From: Zygnema circumcarinatum SAG 698-1b
Taxonomy: Eukaryota > Plantae > Zygnematophyceae
Length of the DNA stretch: 64,000 nucleotides
NCBI GenBank assembly: GCA_037447605.1
Contig: CM074819.1
Span: 124,001 to 188,000 of the forward strand
Direction: 5' to 3'
Of this stretch, positions 36,213-49,618 are shown piece by piece. Made by a program: the position numbers and the translations under genes. The notes under the pieces are model-generated. The model was not told the DNA's origin, did not search any database, and worked only from the letters and a program-made list of their open reading frames with translations. The number at the start of each line of letters is the position of its first letter. The first letter of the stretch is position 1.

Positions 36213-39200
36213 ATGGCGCTTTATAAAGCGGCTTTCCTTCCCTCCACGCCCTCCTCCCTCTCTCCTCCCTCCTGCTCGCTCTGCTGTCGGATTTCCCGAC
36301 CCGCACTCTCTCTCCCCCTACCACCTGCCTCGCTTCGCTCATCTCTCTCCCTCCATGCCTCCATGTTCGTGCATCCTCCCTCTCTATCCTTGCGTCTCTT
36401 GCCCAGAACATTTCGAAAGTCCCTTTCTATGAATACTAGAAAAATGCCCTTCTGTTCTTCCTCCGCATCCAACATTCCCTCCTCCTCCTCCTCCTCCTCC
36501 CTCTCCTCTCCCAACCTCTCCCCGCCTCCGAAACAGAGAGCTCTCTTCGTGACAGCTGTCAGTGCTGCAGGAGCCCTCTTCCTAGGCTCCCTCTTGTCTG
36601 CAAGTGCCGCCATGGCTGCGCAGCCTGTTGTGCTTCAGCAGCTGTCGGCGGGGATGGCGGATGTACTACCTACGCTGAGTAAGCTGGCTTTGGTACTGAG
36701 GACTCAAGGGCCCCTACTGGTTGCCCTGCTCGCTCTTTCCGCCTTCTTCTCTCTCGCGGAGACTTCCATCACCACTCTCTGGCCATGGAAGGTACAAGGA
36801 TGCACCGAGGGTGTGGTTATAGATAGTGTGATGCATGGCAGTGGTGTGAGGAAGGGTGGGGGGGGAGGAGAGGGTGGGGGGAGGAGCAGGAGGAGGGAGG
36901 GGGAGAAGTGGAGAAGAGAGAGCGAGGAGAGTGGGCGACGGAGGAGAGAGATGGCTGAGAGTAGGAAGAAGGCTGAGATGCGGGAGAATCAAGAGGGAGG
37001 GTGTGAAAGAGTTGTCAGGGTGGAGACAAAAGATGCAAAGGAGTAAGGCAGAGGAGGGGAGGTAGAAGGTAGAGAAAGGCAAAGAAAAAGAAAGGTAAAG
37101 ATCGAGAGAGAGAGGGAGAGAGTTGACATGTCTGAGAAACATGCGAATGCAGGTCCGTGAGCTTGCCGAGAAGGAGGTGGATGGAGGCTTGTTTCAATTG
37201 TTACGTCAGGATGTCACTCGCTTTCTTACCACCATTCTGATCGGTACCACGTAAGGAAACAAACCTCAGCTGTTCCTTTTTTCGTGAACTAATGCGTGTG
37301 TTTCTATAGGTGGAATTGTTTTTCTTCACGATGTCTCTCTCTTTTCCTCCTCTCTCTTTATCCTGCTCCCTTCTCTCTCTCCCCCCCTCCCCCCCTCCCC
37401 CCCCTTCTCTCTCTCTCTCTCTCTTTTCCACCTTGCTTTGTTGGCTTCTGATGATGCAAACAACTTCCTGTACTTTGGTACAGAGTTGTGAACATTGGCG
37501 CCACCGCTTTGGTGACCGAAGCTGCGACCACAATTTTTGGGGAAGCGGGAGTCACCGCTGCCACAGGCTTTATGACTGTGAGCTCTCCTTTTCTCCCTCT
37601 TGCTCCCTCTCCCTCTCCCTTCTACAACCCCCCTCGCTCGCTTTCTTTCTTTCTCGCTGCTCTCTCTCTCTGTCTTTCTCCCCCTCCCTCTGATGTTTGT
37701 GTACGTGAAAGCTGGCATATATGAATACTTCGCTGCAAGTCTCAGTAAACCTCAATACAGCCTTAGGCTGTGTTCCTTGCAGGTGCTGCTTCTCCTTTTT
37801 ACAGAAATTGCTCCGAAGAGCATTGCTGTTCATAATGCCACTTCTGTAGCACGTGTTGTGGTAAGGTTTCTCTCTCCAGCTTTCTCTCCTCACTCCCAAA
37901 CCATTATGGCAAGAATAACGCACTTCAATGCAGTTTTTTCTATTGCTTTTGATCTGCAAATAAAGTTAGTAATCTCCTTTTGCTTGTGATTAAACTTGTC
38001 ACGTATTTTTTAAGTTCCACTTTCTTTTACTTTTGCAGGTCCGACCTGTAGCTTGGCTCTCCATCATCCTTTACCCGCTTGGACGTTTTTGCACTGCTAT
38101 TTCCATGTGGCTGTTGAAGCTTCTCGGCCTGAAAAGCAGCGGGTATGCTCTTAAATTCTAAACCAAACGAAATCATCTTCAGTTGCCTGTGGGGGGCAGT
38201 ACTAACTTAGAGCATAAAACCCGGACGGAAGCTCTAGATAGCAACTGACTTACACTCAGAGATGTCGGAGAAAGTGAGGGAGGGTTGAAGAGAGGGAGGC
38301 AGTGACCTTCTTTTGAAATAACTCTCTGTAAAGGTTGTGCGTAGGTTCTCGAACTCTTTATGCAAAACCAATAAAAGCACAGGTGTTTAGAATCGAAGAG
38401 AGAGGGAGAGACTCTTTTTATGTCCCATATGCCTCAGCCTGCAGGCGACTGCTTATGGTAGAGGGAGGAAGGAAGCAGGAGCTCTGTCAGTCGAAGAAGG
38501 TATAAGAGTAGAACTATCTATTAATTTTTTGAAATTGGGAGTTTCGACTCATTAATTCAGTTGTCTCGACTTCGAATTTCGAATATTTTTTTCTTAAGAC
38601 GTATCGATCCTCAGCACTCCTCAGTATGGGCAATATAGGTGGGTAAAGAAGGTGTTTTACAAGCCTGATTTTTCAAAAAATGCAAATTCCGGAATCAGGT
38701 AGTTTTGTGTTTCTTTGTAAAGGCATTGTATAAAGGCATGGTTGATTTATGGAGGTGAAGTGGATTTCTTTATAAGCTGTAAAAGCACCCTTTCACCTTT
38801 CACAAGGAGTTTTTGCTGACTCCAGCTTTTTGGGGGTGAAAATTTCTTCCAATCGAAGTTTTCTTAAGGAATTAAAGACGACGGCTCTTTTAAAGTTTCC
38901 GATTCCAAATCTGATTCTAAAGAGAGATGAGGGAGAGAGGGATACACATAAAGATCACAATTGACTTTGGGAGGAAACAAGAGCTTCAAGCAAAGACTAG
39001 TGAAGAAATGTGGCCCTTTTTTATGTTTTTTATTTTGGCCGACATCCGACAGCAAGCGCTTTTTTATATTTTGCACTCACACTTAATTGGTTTAAAAGGG
39101 AGGGTTAAAACTGAATAAAGGTTAGAAGTCAGGCTGGGAGTGAGTGGGAGAGAGTGAAAGATAGTGAGGGAGAGGGAGGGCGGGAGGAGTGGGGTGGGGA

Positions 39201-41015
39201 GGGGGAACGGGGGGCGAGGGAGGGAGTGAAAAGGGGAGGGGTCAGGGAAAGGAGAAGAGGGGGTGGGGGAGGGGGACGTAGGGACGGGCGGCAAGGGAGG
39301 TAAGGGAGGGGAGGGAGGGAGCGAGGAAGGGATGGGGGGGGGGTTGGTTGATTGGTTGTGTCTGTGCTTGACCTTTCCATGCTGGAACCGGAATTGTGCA
39401 TGAAAAGGTATGAGGGTTGGGGGAGGTCTCTTGAAATGCAGGGAACCTTTCGTGAGTGAGGAGGAGCTGAAGCTGATGCTTCGCGGGGCGGAGATGAGCG
39501 GAGCGATTGAGGAAGAGGAGCAGGTAAGGGATCTCTCCCTCTCTTGTGCATGTGTCTCGGGATTCTCCGTTCACCTGTACACAAGCAGGTAGCTCCGATA
39601 TCAATTTTCTGCATTCAAATGTCCTTGTTGTTCCTCATTGTGTCAGGACATGATTGAAAACGTGTTGGAGATCAAGGACACATATGTGCGCGAAGTGATG
39701 ACTCCTCTGGTCAATGTGGTGGCCATCGACGCGGCCGCGTCGCTCATGGACTTCAAAGACCTCTGGGTGAAGCATCAGTATTCAAGGTAGTCTCTCTATC
39801 TCTCTCTCTCTCTTTCTCTCTCACTGCACCAATTCTCTCCTGCGCCCTTCGGCCTCGGTTCGCTTCCTCGTCCACTGCTGTCCCTTCGTCGGACAACTAA
39901 TCTACCCCTTCCCCTCTCCGTCTCCCAACCTGTCTCCGATTTTCTGTCCTTCCCTCCTTTCTTTTTGCTCAATCCCTCCCATACCTCCTCATTCTCTCTT
40001 ATGAATTGCCTTTCAGGGGGCTACCAATTCAATTGAAAGTGAATATCAAAATCATGGGTCAATCATAGAATTGAAGAAATTCCATAATTTTTTTTGTGAG
40101 TCGAGCTTCTAACATGTTGGTTGAGTTGCAACTGTGTTCTAAATGCTTTCATTATTCGTGGAAATCCCATTTCACCTCAATGTGCGACATTTTTGGAGTT
40201 TGGTGGAAGTTTGACTTATTGACTTCTTCTCGTCTTTGCAGAGTTCCTGTCTATGAAAGACGAGTTGACAATATTGTGGGCATTGGATATGCTATGGACA
40301 TGCTTGACTATGTGGACCAGGCAAGTTGTCTCCATACTATAGCTCCCACAAGAACAAAAAGAGAAGCCAATTTTTTATTCTCCTCAGCTTGAGACTTGCT
40401 ATTAGACATGTGGTCCTAGCAATTGTCTAGTCTAGTCTATTGACAGCTTGCCACGTGTTGATGAAGCTGAACATGTCCATCGTATGCTGATGTCACACAA
40501 CGTTCTTAGAATTGTAATTGTCCGGTGAATTGGAGGTTCAGGAGGAAACATTGCAGCGCTTGAATATCGGAAAAATCGCTCATCGACCTGCCTACTTTGT
40601 GCCAGGTGCTATTTTCTGTGATAATATGAACTGAAAATATGAGTTGAAACTATATGTCAAGTATTAAGAAAGGCTTTGAGTCAAATAGGATACACAAGAT
40701 TAAAAATGAATCAGAGGGTTATGTTCTCCCAGTCTGCTTCTCTCCGTCGTTCCCAGACTCCATGCCATTGCGGCTGCGTAAATTTCAGTCGTACTCTAAA
40801 TATTATTGAACTGTAATCTGACTAAAACCGGAAGAATTATGGTGTGTTGGGTTCTGACAGACTCTATGTCCGTATGGAATCTGTTACGCGAATTTCGAAT
40901 TCGAAAAGTGCACATGGCGATTGTATTGAACGAGTATGGTGGCACGGTTGGGGTGAGAAAATTTTATAAATACTATAGGCTATGGTGATGTGGGGATGAT
41001 GAGAGAGAGAGAGCG

Positions 41016-41053
<38 letters not shown>

Positions 41054-42972
41054 TTGACATTATTTTGTGATCTGACATGACCCACAAAAGCTTAAAAACT
41101 TGGTTTGAGGATCCATGTGCAGCTAGTAACATTGGAGGATGTGGTGGAGGAGATTGTGGGAGAGATCTTCGATGAGAGCGATTCCAAGGTGAATAACTAT
41201 TTTGGGCTGCTGAAATTATTGGTCGGGCTTTGGGGATTGGAAGTGCAATCCGCATCAACAACAGGATCAAGATCGTGATTGGATAGGGGATGTGATATTG
41301 CAGGAGGAGATTCGTAAGAAGACGGGATACGTAGTTCAACGCTCGGAAGGAGTATTTGATGTTGATGCGAACACCTCCATTGAAGATCTTGCTGAAGCAC
41401 TCGACATTGCTATTCCAGAGGTGAGTTCTAATTATTCCTACTTTAGAAACATACACAAGTAATTGGCATACTTGATGACGTAGTGGAAAAATAGACTGAC
41501 AACATGATTTTTTTTTCTTTCGCAAAATTAGAAGTCTGTTCCTTGCAACTTAAAAAATAACGGGTCTTATGGAACTTGATGGAACAGCCAATTTATCGCT
41601 GCTTTTGTACTGTTTTCCATGCAGGGTCCTTACCGGTATGAGACAGTATCAGGTTTTGTCTGTGAAGCTTTTGGGTATATCCCAAGAACTGGAGACTCCA
41701 AAGAAATGCGATTAAAGCGAGCAGATGAGGATGAGGAAGATCGCCGCGATTCTGACGAGCAAGAGCCATATCCAAGGCGGAATCTCTTGCGATTTAACCT
41801 TACAGTGAGAGGCTCTAACACTTGAACTTTTTAAAGAAAAAAGGGGTTGAGGGGCATGAGGCGGCGGCTGATGCTTGGCTCTCGGAAACCTGGGCATCTG
41901 GGTCTGGATTGGAAGTGAGATTTCAGCTTCTTTTGAGAGAAAAAAAAATGACACTCTGAATACACTCTGGTCTTGTTTTGCAGATTTTGGCAGGGAATGC
42001 TCGGAAGGTTGGAGCGGTGCGATTTCAACGGATTGATGGAGTCGATGAGTCCATGGATGGCTTGCGAAATGGCCCTGAAGAACGAGAGAGAGAGAGGGAT
42101 TGGGAGGCTGGACGGGAGAGGGAAGAGCGGGAGCGGGAGAAGGAGAAAGAGCGTGCCAGAGTCCGAGCAGAGGCTTGGGAACGCGAACGGGAGGAGGCTG
42201 AGAGAAGACGGAAGGAGCGTATGCTTTCTGGAAAGGACCAAGAAGTAGAGAGTGATGAGGAGAGAGGGAGGGAGCAGGATGCTGAGGGAGCAGAAATTGA
42301 CTATGGAGGCTGGAGTATGCAGGGATCTGAAGATGATGACGATCGACCTGACTCTAGAAAGCGCCTTCTTGTCGCAGAAAGCCTTGATGTGGACTCTATG
42401 CAGGACTATGACTCAGAGTTGGTGATAGTAAAGGTAGAAAATGACCACAAAACTCCGATGTCGGGAGAGAGCGTGGTGAGTGAGAGTGAGCCTCGGAATG
42501 AGCTAGAAGCTGAGGGAACGGGAGAGGCCGGTGCTATGGCTACTGTGGGAACTGCTAACGATCGATGGGAAGAGCAAGACAAGCAAGTAAGGCATCTCAT
42601 CTCTCATCCCATCTCTCCTCCCTGCACCTCAAACCCTTCCTTTTAAACTTCCGTAGGAAGTATCAAATCAAGCAGTCATTCAAACGTAGTCGAATTTGAT
42701 TTAATTGAACGGTTTTAAGTTCTTTGAAGTGAATGATGAATTAACGAAGCAAGCAGCCGAGTAATGAATGCCCATGGAGGGGCCTTTGACAGGTAGAGAG
42801 AAGGAGGCAAAGGAGAATGAGAGAGCGGGCGGAGGCTCTCTTTGAATCTACACAGCAGAGGAAGCTTCGAGACTCTGATTCAAGTGATGAGTCGAGAAGA
42901 GCTGCTCAAGACAGCAGTCATAGAGCCGCCCGAACGGACCTATGGGGGAGCAATATGAAGGAGCCTCCGTAA
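36213..42972 (+). CDS. CBSDUFCH: Plastid-targeted DUF21 (CNNM/CorB-type)-CBS-CorC domain protein, probable Mg2+ transporter, 15 exons, ~851 aa
   Basis: Exons 36213-36791, 37153-37250, 37484-37577, 37783-37860, 38039-38142, 39442-39523, 39647-39786, 40242-40320, 40542-40605, 40861-40952, 41123-41188, 41304-41420, 41625-41804, 41984-42586, 42793-42972 join in frame. Motifs AETSITTLWPWKV, EIAPKS, NEYGGTVG, LEDVVEEIVGEIFDE and YETVSGF match the Arabidopsis chloroplast DUF21 proteins as I recall them; Ser-rich transit-peptide-like N-terminus. Confidence 0.92.
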
Positions 42973-43677
42973 AGTTAACAATTCTTTATAAAGTAGCTGT
43001 GTGACTTTAGGATTGTCAGTAAGTTTGGCCCACCCCCCTTGCTCGCATGTAGACATGCATTACGATTTCTATATTGTTGGGGAGCCTCTGATGAGGAATA
43101 GGACTCTCTCTTTCTCTCTTTCCCTTTCTCTTTCTCCGTCTTTCATCCCCTCCGAGGCTTCTACTTTGAGAAGGGACTCCCCCCCACCTTCAATTTGAAG
43201 TAGATAAGGTGCCGAGAGGTTCGGAAAACTAGGGATTGAAGTTAATTTCTGCTACTGGAAGCTTATGGAAAGGAGGCGGAAGTGGCAGGATGGTAGTCAA
43301 CAGCGGTAGAAAGGACAAGGGGAAACAGTGGGAAGTCAGCGGTAGAGACAATGGGAGGATAGCGGTAGAGTTTATTGGATAACTGAGCTTTGCTTATGTA
43401 AATTGCGTTTCCTGTCCTCTTTCTCCACCACTCGCTTCTGTCTGCTTTGCTTACCGTATACTTTCCATCTCCTTTGTCTCCCGTCTACTTTCCCTCTCCT
43501 CTTCTCCTCTAATCAACCTCCCTAGCATGTCTAACTTTTTACCAAATCAAAACTGAAACACCAGACTTTTGGGTCAAGGTTGCTTCAAAAACCTTTTGAT
43601 CTCAAGCCTTTCTAACACTACGGATAGAAACATACAAACATCCATTTGAATTCACGGGAAACCCTTAAGCGACCACA

Positions 43678-44263
43678 CTAAGTTTGTTTTTTTTCTATGT
43701 CTTTGTGAAATTTAGAACTGCAATGTGCAAGCAGAGCATCCGAGGCGAGAATGGCGCCGAGGTGGCGGGAGAGAGTCCAGAGTTCTACCGCTAGGCAGTA
43801 GGCTCTCCCCGCTGTGAGGAGAGCTCCCAGCCACCAGCCGGCGAATAGGGAGTGAGGAGCGTGCCTTTGGAGCCATATCCAAAGAGGGAGGAAGTGCAAG
43901 CCCGCCATAATTAAAGCGCCGATGGGGCTGCGCATTGAACGCACACAGAAGTCGTCAGCTCAACAAAAAAAAAAAAAAAAAAAAGAGAACTAAAAGACAA
44001 AAACATTTCTCACAAACAGCACCACTTTGACAGAAGATTAGGTGCTTGGGATTGAAAAAAGGCGATGTCGATGGAGGTGCAAGATCAGTAGAAGTGAGTA
44101 ATGAGTCTGACAGAGAGATGCGCGGGGTGAGGGTGGGATGAAGAGAGAAAAATATGGGGAGAGAGAACGAAGGTGTGGCGGGAGAGAGGGGGGGAGGAGG
44201 TGGGGGAGAGGGAGATGAAGAGTGAGTGGGAGGGGGGAGAGGGAGGAGGAGAGAGAGAGAGAG

Positions 44264-44344
<81 letters not shown>

Positions 44345-45599
44345 AGAGAGAGAGAGAGAAAGAAGAAAAGTGAGACCTGCGGAAGCCGTTTGCTACAGCG
44401 GCTACAACCCATGAAGGGGCAGCAGTAAAGCAGCCCTCTTTCCATGCAGCTCCGCCTCGCGCGTGCGTGCTAACAAATACGGCCCATTCGATACATGGAA
44501 CGAGGGAGCCCAGAGGGCCTGGAAGGGCCGCAGCCCACATGACGGATCTCACGGTGTTGTCGAGAGCCACGTCTAGAAACGCTCCAAAAGCAGAGACCTG
44601 GCCCCATAATAATAGCAATACTACCCAAAACAACATTATTGCAACTCAACAACTCCCGTCCCGTAAGACAGGTAGAAACGGATCATTGATCATTTTGAAG
44701 TTAAGTTAAAAAAACAGAAAAAAAAAGGGGGGGTTTATTTCTTTAATGTTGGATTACAACTCTCTGTGATGGATGCTGCAGCAGTTCAAAACTTACCTGT
44801 CCTAGGCGCCTTGCGACATAGCCATCCACAGCGTCGAGTAGAAACCCAAAGCAATAAAGAGCTGTGAAGGCGAGGGGTCGTTTGCGACCCACAAAGGCAA
44901 CCGCAATCAACATTACAAGGGCCCGAAAATAATCGATAATGTTGGGGACGTAAAGCAGCACCTCACCTATCTCACGCCGTCCAATTGACTTTGCAGAATT
45001 AACTACATCGCCATTCTCACTCCCTGCATAACTTTATAAAGGTATGAGCGTTGATGGGAGAGTGGGAGAGGGGGAGGGAAGGGGGGAGGGGAGAAAGAGG
45101 GATGGGACGAACGTGGACACTATACGACTCAATAGCAAAATGCAAGTTTGTTGATATTTCTCAACAAAAAATAAGATATTTTACTTTTCCAGGTAAGTTT
45201 TTCCTTTTTAATGGTATCGCATGTTGAGGGTGCATAAATTCTACTTAACGATTAAAAAATTAATACAGAATACAGGAACTAAGAATTCGCTCGAGGACGC
45301 TAATTGACCATGAAAGAATGGGCAAGAAATTCAGTCAAGGAAGAAAATCGCTCATGTTCGTTGTTGCTGACTGACTCGGTCAAAAGAAATGCAAACTCAT
45401 AAGAGATTTATCTGAAAACCGAAACGTCAAATTTGAAGTCAAAATACTATAAAATAACTTTTTCTAGTTTTCAAAACGTCAAATTTGAGGTAAAAGTACA
45501 AAAAAATGTCGTTTTTTTCCTATTAAATTAAACAGCCAAGAAAGAAAGAAAGAGCCAGGAAAGAATTCTTATTTCTTAACACGCATTACCTTCTGCCAT
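43678..45599 (-). CDS. CDP-alcohol phosphatidyltransferase family protein (PI-synthase-like N-terminus), 4 exons, ~235 aa
   Basis: Exons 45590-45599, 44797-45023, 44377-44597, 43678-43927 join in frame with GT-AG sites. Signature DAVDGYVARRLGQVSAFGAFLDVALD fits D-x2-DG-x2-AR-x8-G-x3-D-x3-D. Confidence 0.88.
44267..44340. repeat. Intronic (GA)n microsatellite
   Basis: Direct reading. Confidence 0.95.
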
Positions 45600-46585
45600 A
45601 ACTGCTGTCACGTCACGGTAGTCACACTTTTCTCGGAGAATTCCACCCCCCCTCCTTCCACTTCCCCTCTTTTTCTCAGCCCAATTGGAACCCAATGCAC
45701 CCCATTTGCACTCTTTCAAAAAATAGAATTTTAAAGAGACACGTATCGCTCCTACGGAATTATCAGCTTTCCTCCGATTCCATAGAGAGAGTGAACGTGA
45801 GCTCCGTGAGAGGGAGAGGGAATGAGAGAGAGAGGCCTCCCTGGAAGGAAGATGAATGTAGGACGAGTCTGGAAGAACCCACATGTCAATTTATGGGAGA
45901 GAGGCAGAGAGGGTGATCAGAGATTCTTCTCTCTATCCGAGACAGAGGGAGGGAGAGCGAGACAGGGAGCGAGAGTGAGAGATAGCCACGTGGCGCCCCG
46001 TGGGAGTGCGTACGGAGGGGGACGAAGGTGCCTCTGAAGGTGCGGGGAGGAGCACATCCTCCGTACGCATATCGTAACGAGATAAAAATCGCATCGTTGT
46101 GTGGATTGCGATATTTGATCAGAACAATTGCCGTACGATGATGGCGATGTACAGTACTGTGACGTGATCATATTCAAATACCTCGAAACGATATACAAAA
46201 CGATACGCGATACGAAACACGATACAATACACATTACGTGGTAATGCTTGCCTCTTGTTCCATGCACTGTAAAACTGGGCGCTCGTACAACAAAACTGAA
46301 GGACGGGATACAGCGGCACGGAACAGTCAATGACTGAGGTCAAGGGTTCGTGACCCGTCACAACAACGACTTTTCGTGTTACTGCATTCGCGTAGGCTCA
46401 AAAAGACAACTCAACACGAGGGCTTTCCCGCCCTTAGATGGCTCACGAGCAAGCCCTACCATGTGAATCAATTGTGCAACCACCAAAGCCTTGCTTTTGA
46501 ATCACCAACAAATTTAACATGGAAACCCTAAAATTCAAAATTGGGTGGTCCTTGCGCGCCCCCCAAGATGTTCAATTCATGTGTT

Positions 46586-49425
46586 TCATGTGTAGTCGTA
46601 CAAGCAGATGCTCTTATCGTCCGCCACACTCGCCAGACGGCCCGCCCGACTTCCCTCCCGCACAGGTCTGAAGGCCACCGCCCACACCTGGTCTTGGTGC
46701 TCTTTGACTGTCTGCAGAACTGTTCGCATGTTCAGATCCCACAGTCGAACGGATCGATCGCTCGATCCTGCACATGGAACAGCAGCGAATCAGTTGGGTC
46801 TGCCTTAAGCACCATTAGGGACCTCGAACAGCCAAAGGATGGAGGGAATGGAGTGGCGCATGGGAAGAGAGATAGGAATTGGGGGGTGAGGGAGGGAGGG
46901 GAGGTGGAGGAGAGTGGCGGGAGAGTATAGATTAACCTGCCTAGAGACATACATATTGGCCCCGAACAGCACTTGATCCCTATCCCACTTACCGCTTGCA
47001 ATGGTAGAGCCATCGGGGCTGCAGTCAACACTGAGCACCCAGCTGGAATGGCCGGAAAGGCCGGCAACGAGAGTTTTCCCCTCTGAGTCGTACATGTGAA
47101 TGTGCATGTCATCGCTTCCCTGTTCATCGGTTCCGTACTCGATAACGGAGCGTCAGCATGTAGACAGTTCAGCTAAGGGTAAATGGATAGACCAGACGAG
47201 CGGGTCAAAGAGCATATCAAATAGCATTCTTTCAAGTGAAAGATTTATCAACAATAGAAAGAATAGGCTTTTCTAACACAAGCAGTCGAAGGTTATTTAC
47301 TAACAAGCTTTTCATGCGGTGCATGCAGTCCACAGCCCTTTCATAGTCAAAAACAAAGCGAAAAAAACCAAAAAGGGAGGGGGAAGGAGGGGGAGACGAG
47401 AGAAAGTAAAGAAGGCTTGCAGGATAAGATATCTATTCCGTTACCGTAAAAAGCACTCGTGGATCGGCTGGAGAAAATGCGAGAGTCCGCACAGGCATGA
47501 AATGACCCTCCAAAGTGTGCAGCAGTTTCTGACTCGCTGTGTCGAAAACGGCTACAGTTCCGTCCATTGTGCTACAAGCCATGCGTTTCCCGTCCGGGCT
47601 CCACGCTACAGCCAGCACGAACTTGCCCCCCCCCGCCTTCTTCGCTGCGCCGCCCTCTCCCTCCCCCTTGGCCAAATCAAGGGAGGCCTCCAACTGCCAC
47701 GTGTCAGTCCGCCATAGCTTCACTGCTCCACTGGCGCCTCCTGCAATAGCCAGCAGGGAACCCTGCGAGGAGAAACGGCCGACAGCTGAATGACATTACT
47801 GTTGATGAATTTAAGCGAGTGAGAGAAAGAGGGAGAGCAAAGCGGAGAGCGAGAGAGAAGGGGGGGGAGAGGACATTAGCACAGGCAAAGTAAGGTCTAA
47901 GCTGTAGTTGGACGATTTGAATCGCCAACTCAATGAATCTGGGGGAGACAGAAACAGAGACAGGGGCACAGAGAGAGAGATCATTGTGGGGAGGGAACCC
48001 TGCAGAGAGAAATCGGCGACAGCGTTTGATGACATTAGTGTTGCTGAACTTAAGTGAGAGAGAGAGAGAGAGAGAGAGGGGGAGTGAGGGGACATTAACA
48101 TAGCAAAGTAGGGTCTAAGAAAGTGCTGTAGTTGGAAGCTCTGAATTCCAAGCTAATAAATTTGAGGGAGACAGTCAGACAAACAACCACAGAGAGAGAA
48201 AGGTGGAGAGAGACCAGCGTAGGCATTACAACGTCTCAGCAAGTACCGTATTCAAGAGCTCTGCAAAGAAAGAACTCGACTGCTTCGATGAAACCCTCGA
48301 ACAACTCTTGCTGCCAAAATAAGAAGAAAGCAAACAACAGAGAACCCTAATCACCTGAGGATGGAACGACAGCGACCACGCTTCCGCAGGCTGGCAGTCG
48401 AGAGCCGCTTTTGTGGCGTTGGTGGAAATGTCGAAGATGCGCACCATGCTGTCGAGAGAGCTTGAGGCGGCCATGGCTGCCGAGGGGTCGACAGCGAGTC
48501 CCACCACTCCTGGGACCTCCACAAACGCCCGAATTGCAGAGTTGGAGGGACCATCTTACACCTGCGGAAACTTCATCGAAGGGCGATTCATTTCTTAGAT
48601 TCTACGAGGAAAACTCTGAGAATGTACTGTAAGGAGGGCTGGGAGACCTTTAGAATCTAAGACCTGCAAGGAGCTTCAGATTCATTCCTACGGAGACGAT
48701 TCTAGAAATGCGCCTTAAGAAGCTTTAGATTCATTCCTCAGGTAATCGGAGATATGAATCCACAACAAGAAGCTTGAAATCCATTCCTTAAAACCCTAAA
48801 AAGTTCGAAACAGCAACGGTTTTACGGCTCTACAATGTTACAAACTGTCGCAATAAAGGCGAGTAAATACTTCGAAACAAAGTCTAATGAGTTCAAGAAA
48901 ACCGAAGACTACGCTTATCTACAGATCTGGCCTTGCTTATGGCATAAGAACCTTAAGTAGGCCGAAACGGTAGAAACAGTCGTGTCTTCTGTATCCCGTG
49001 TTATACTAGCCCCTTCGATTAGAGTCCAAAAGCAAAATTAGATAGTTTCTATTCGATTCAATTCAACCGCTTCTAAAACTATCAAAAAGTCCAACTCAGC
49101 TACGGACGAAACCGACTACTCATTTGCCTCTATTTCAGGCCCTCGGGGATCCCAAAGCAAGGAACAACCTTAAAAAACTCCCCCTGCGTGGAAACTTTTG
49201 TATGATTATGAGGAACGAGAGAAGAGAGGGAAACAAACCGAGAGTGTGGCCGCTGCTGGTGCGAAGGGGCGCGAGGTCGTCTCCCTGCCACAGTTTAACC
49301 GTCTCGTCGTTCGAGCCTGTGAGAAGGAGCGGCTCCGCGCGGTCGGCTGTGGGGGGGGCCCAAGCCGCCGACCAGACGCCCTCTTCGTGGGCGTCTGCGA
49401 GATGCTTTAAGGGGACGATCTTCAT
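46586..49425 (-). CDS. VIP3: WD40 protein VIP3/SKI8/WDR61 (PAF1 and SKI complexes), 5 exons, 322 aa
   Basis: Exons 49239-49425, 48355-48509, 47445-47762, 46993-47119, 46586-46767 join in frame. AHEEGVWSAAW…LLLTGSNDETVKLW, KFVLAVAWSPDG and GRLASVADDKSICLYDY match plant VIP3 end to end. Confidence 0.95.
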
Positions 49426-49618
49426 CAGGGTGACAGCTGTCCAGGAGGGGGGGAGACAGAGAGAGAGAGAGTGAGAGAGAGGGGAGGGGGGGGGGGGGAG
49501 ACGGGAGAGAGTAGCGAGGGTCCCGGGAAGCGAGAGGGAGAGTGGGATCGGAGGACGGAAAAGGCATCAAAGTATGAAACTCTCCCACCAAGCATTCAAC
49601 CCCATTTTGTCCATGTAA

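Noticed and set aside
35855-39614. Many ORFs such as ERERERE or SLSLSL, and antisense ORFs over the gene
   Set aside because: Translations of GA/CT microsatellites and purine-skewed introns.
25989-48800. Scattered AAACCCTA motifs as interstitial telomere or telo-boxes
   Set aside because: Only isolated single copies, several inside repeat arms; too short to call.
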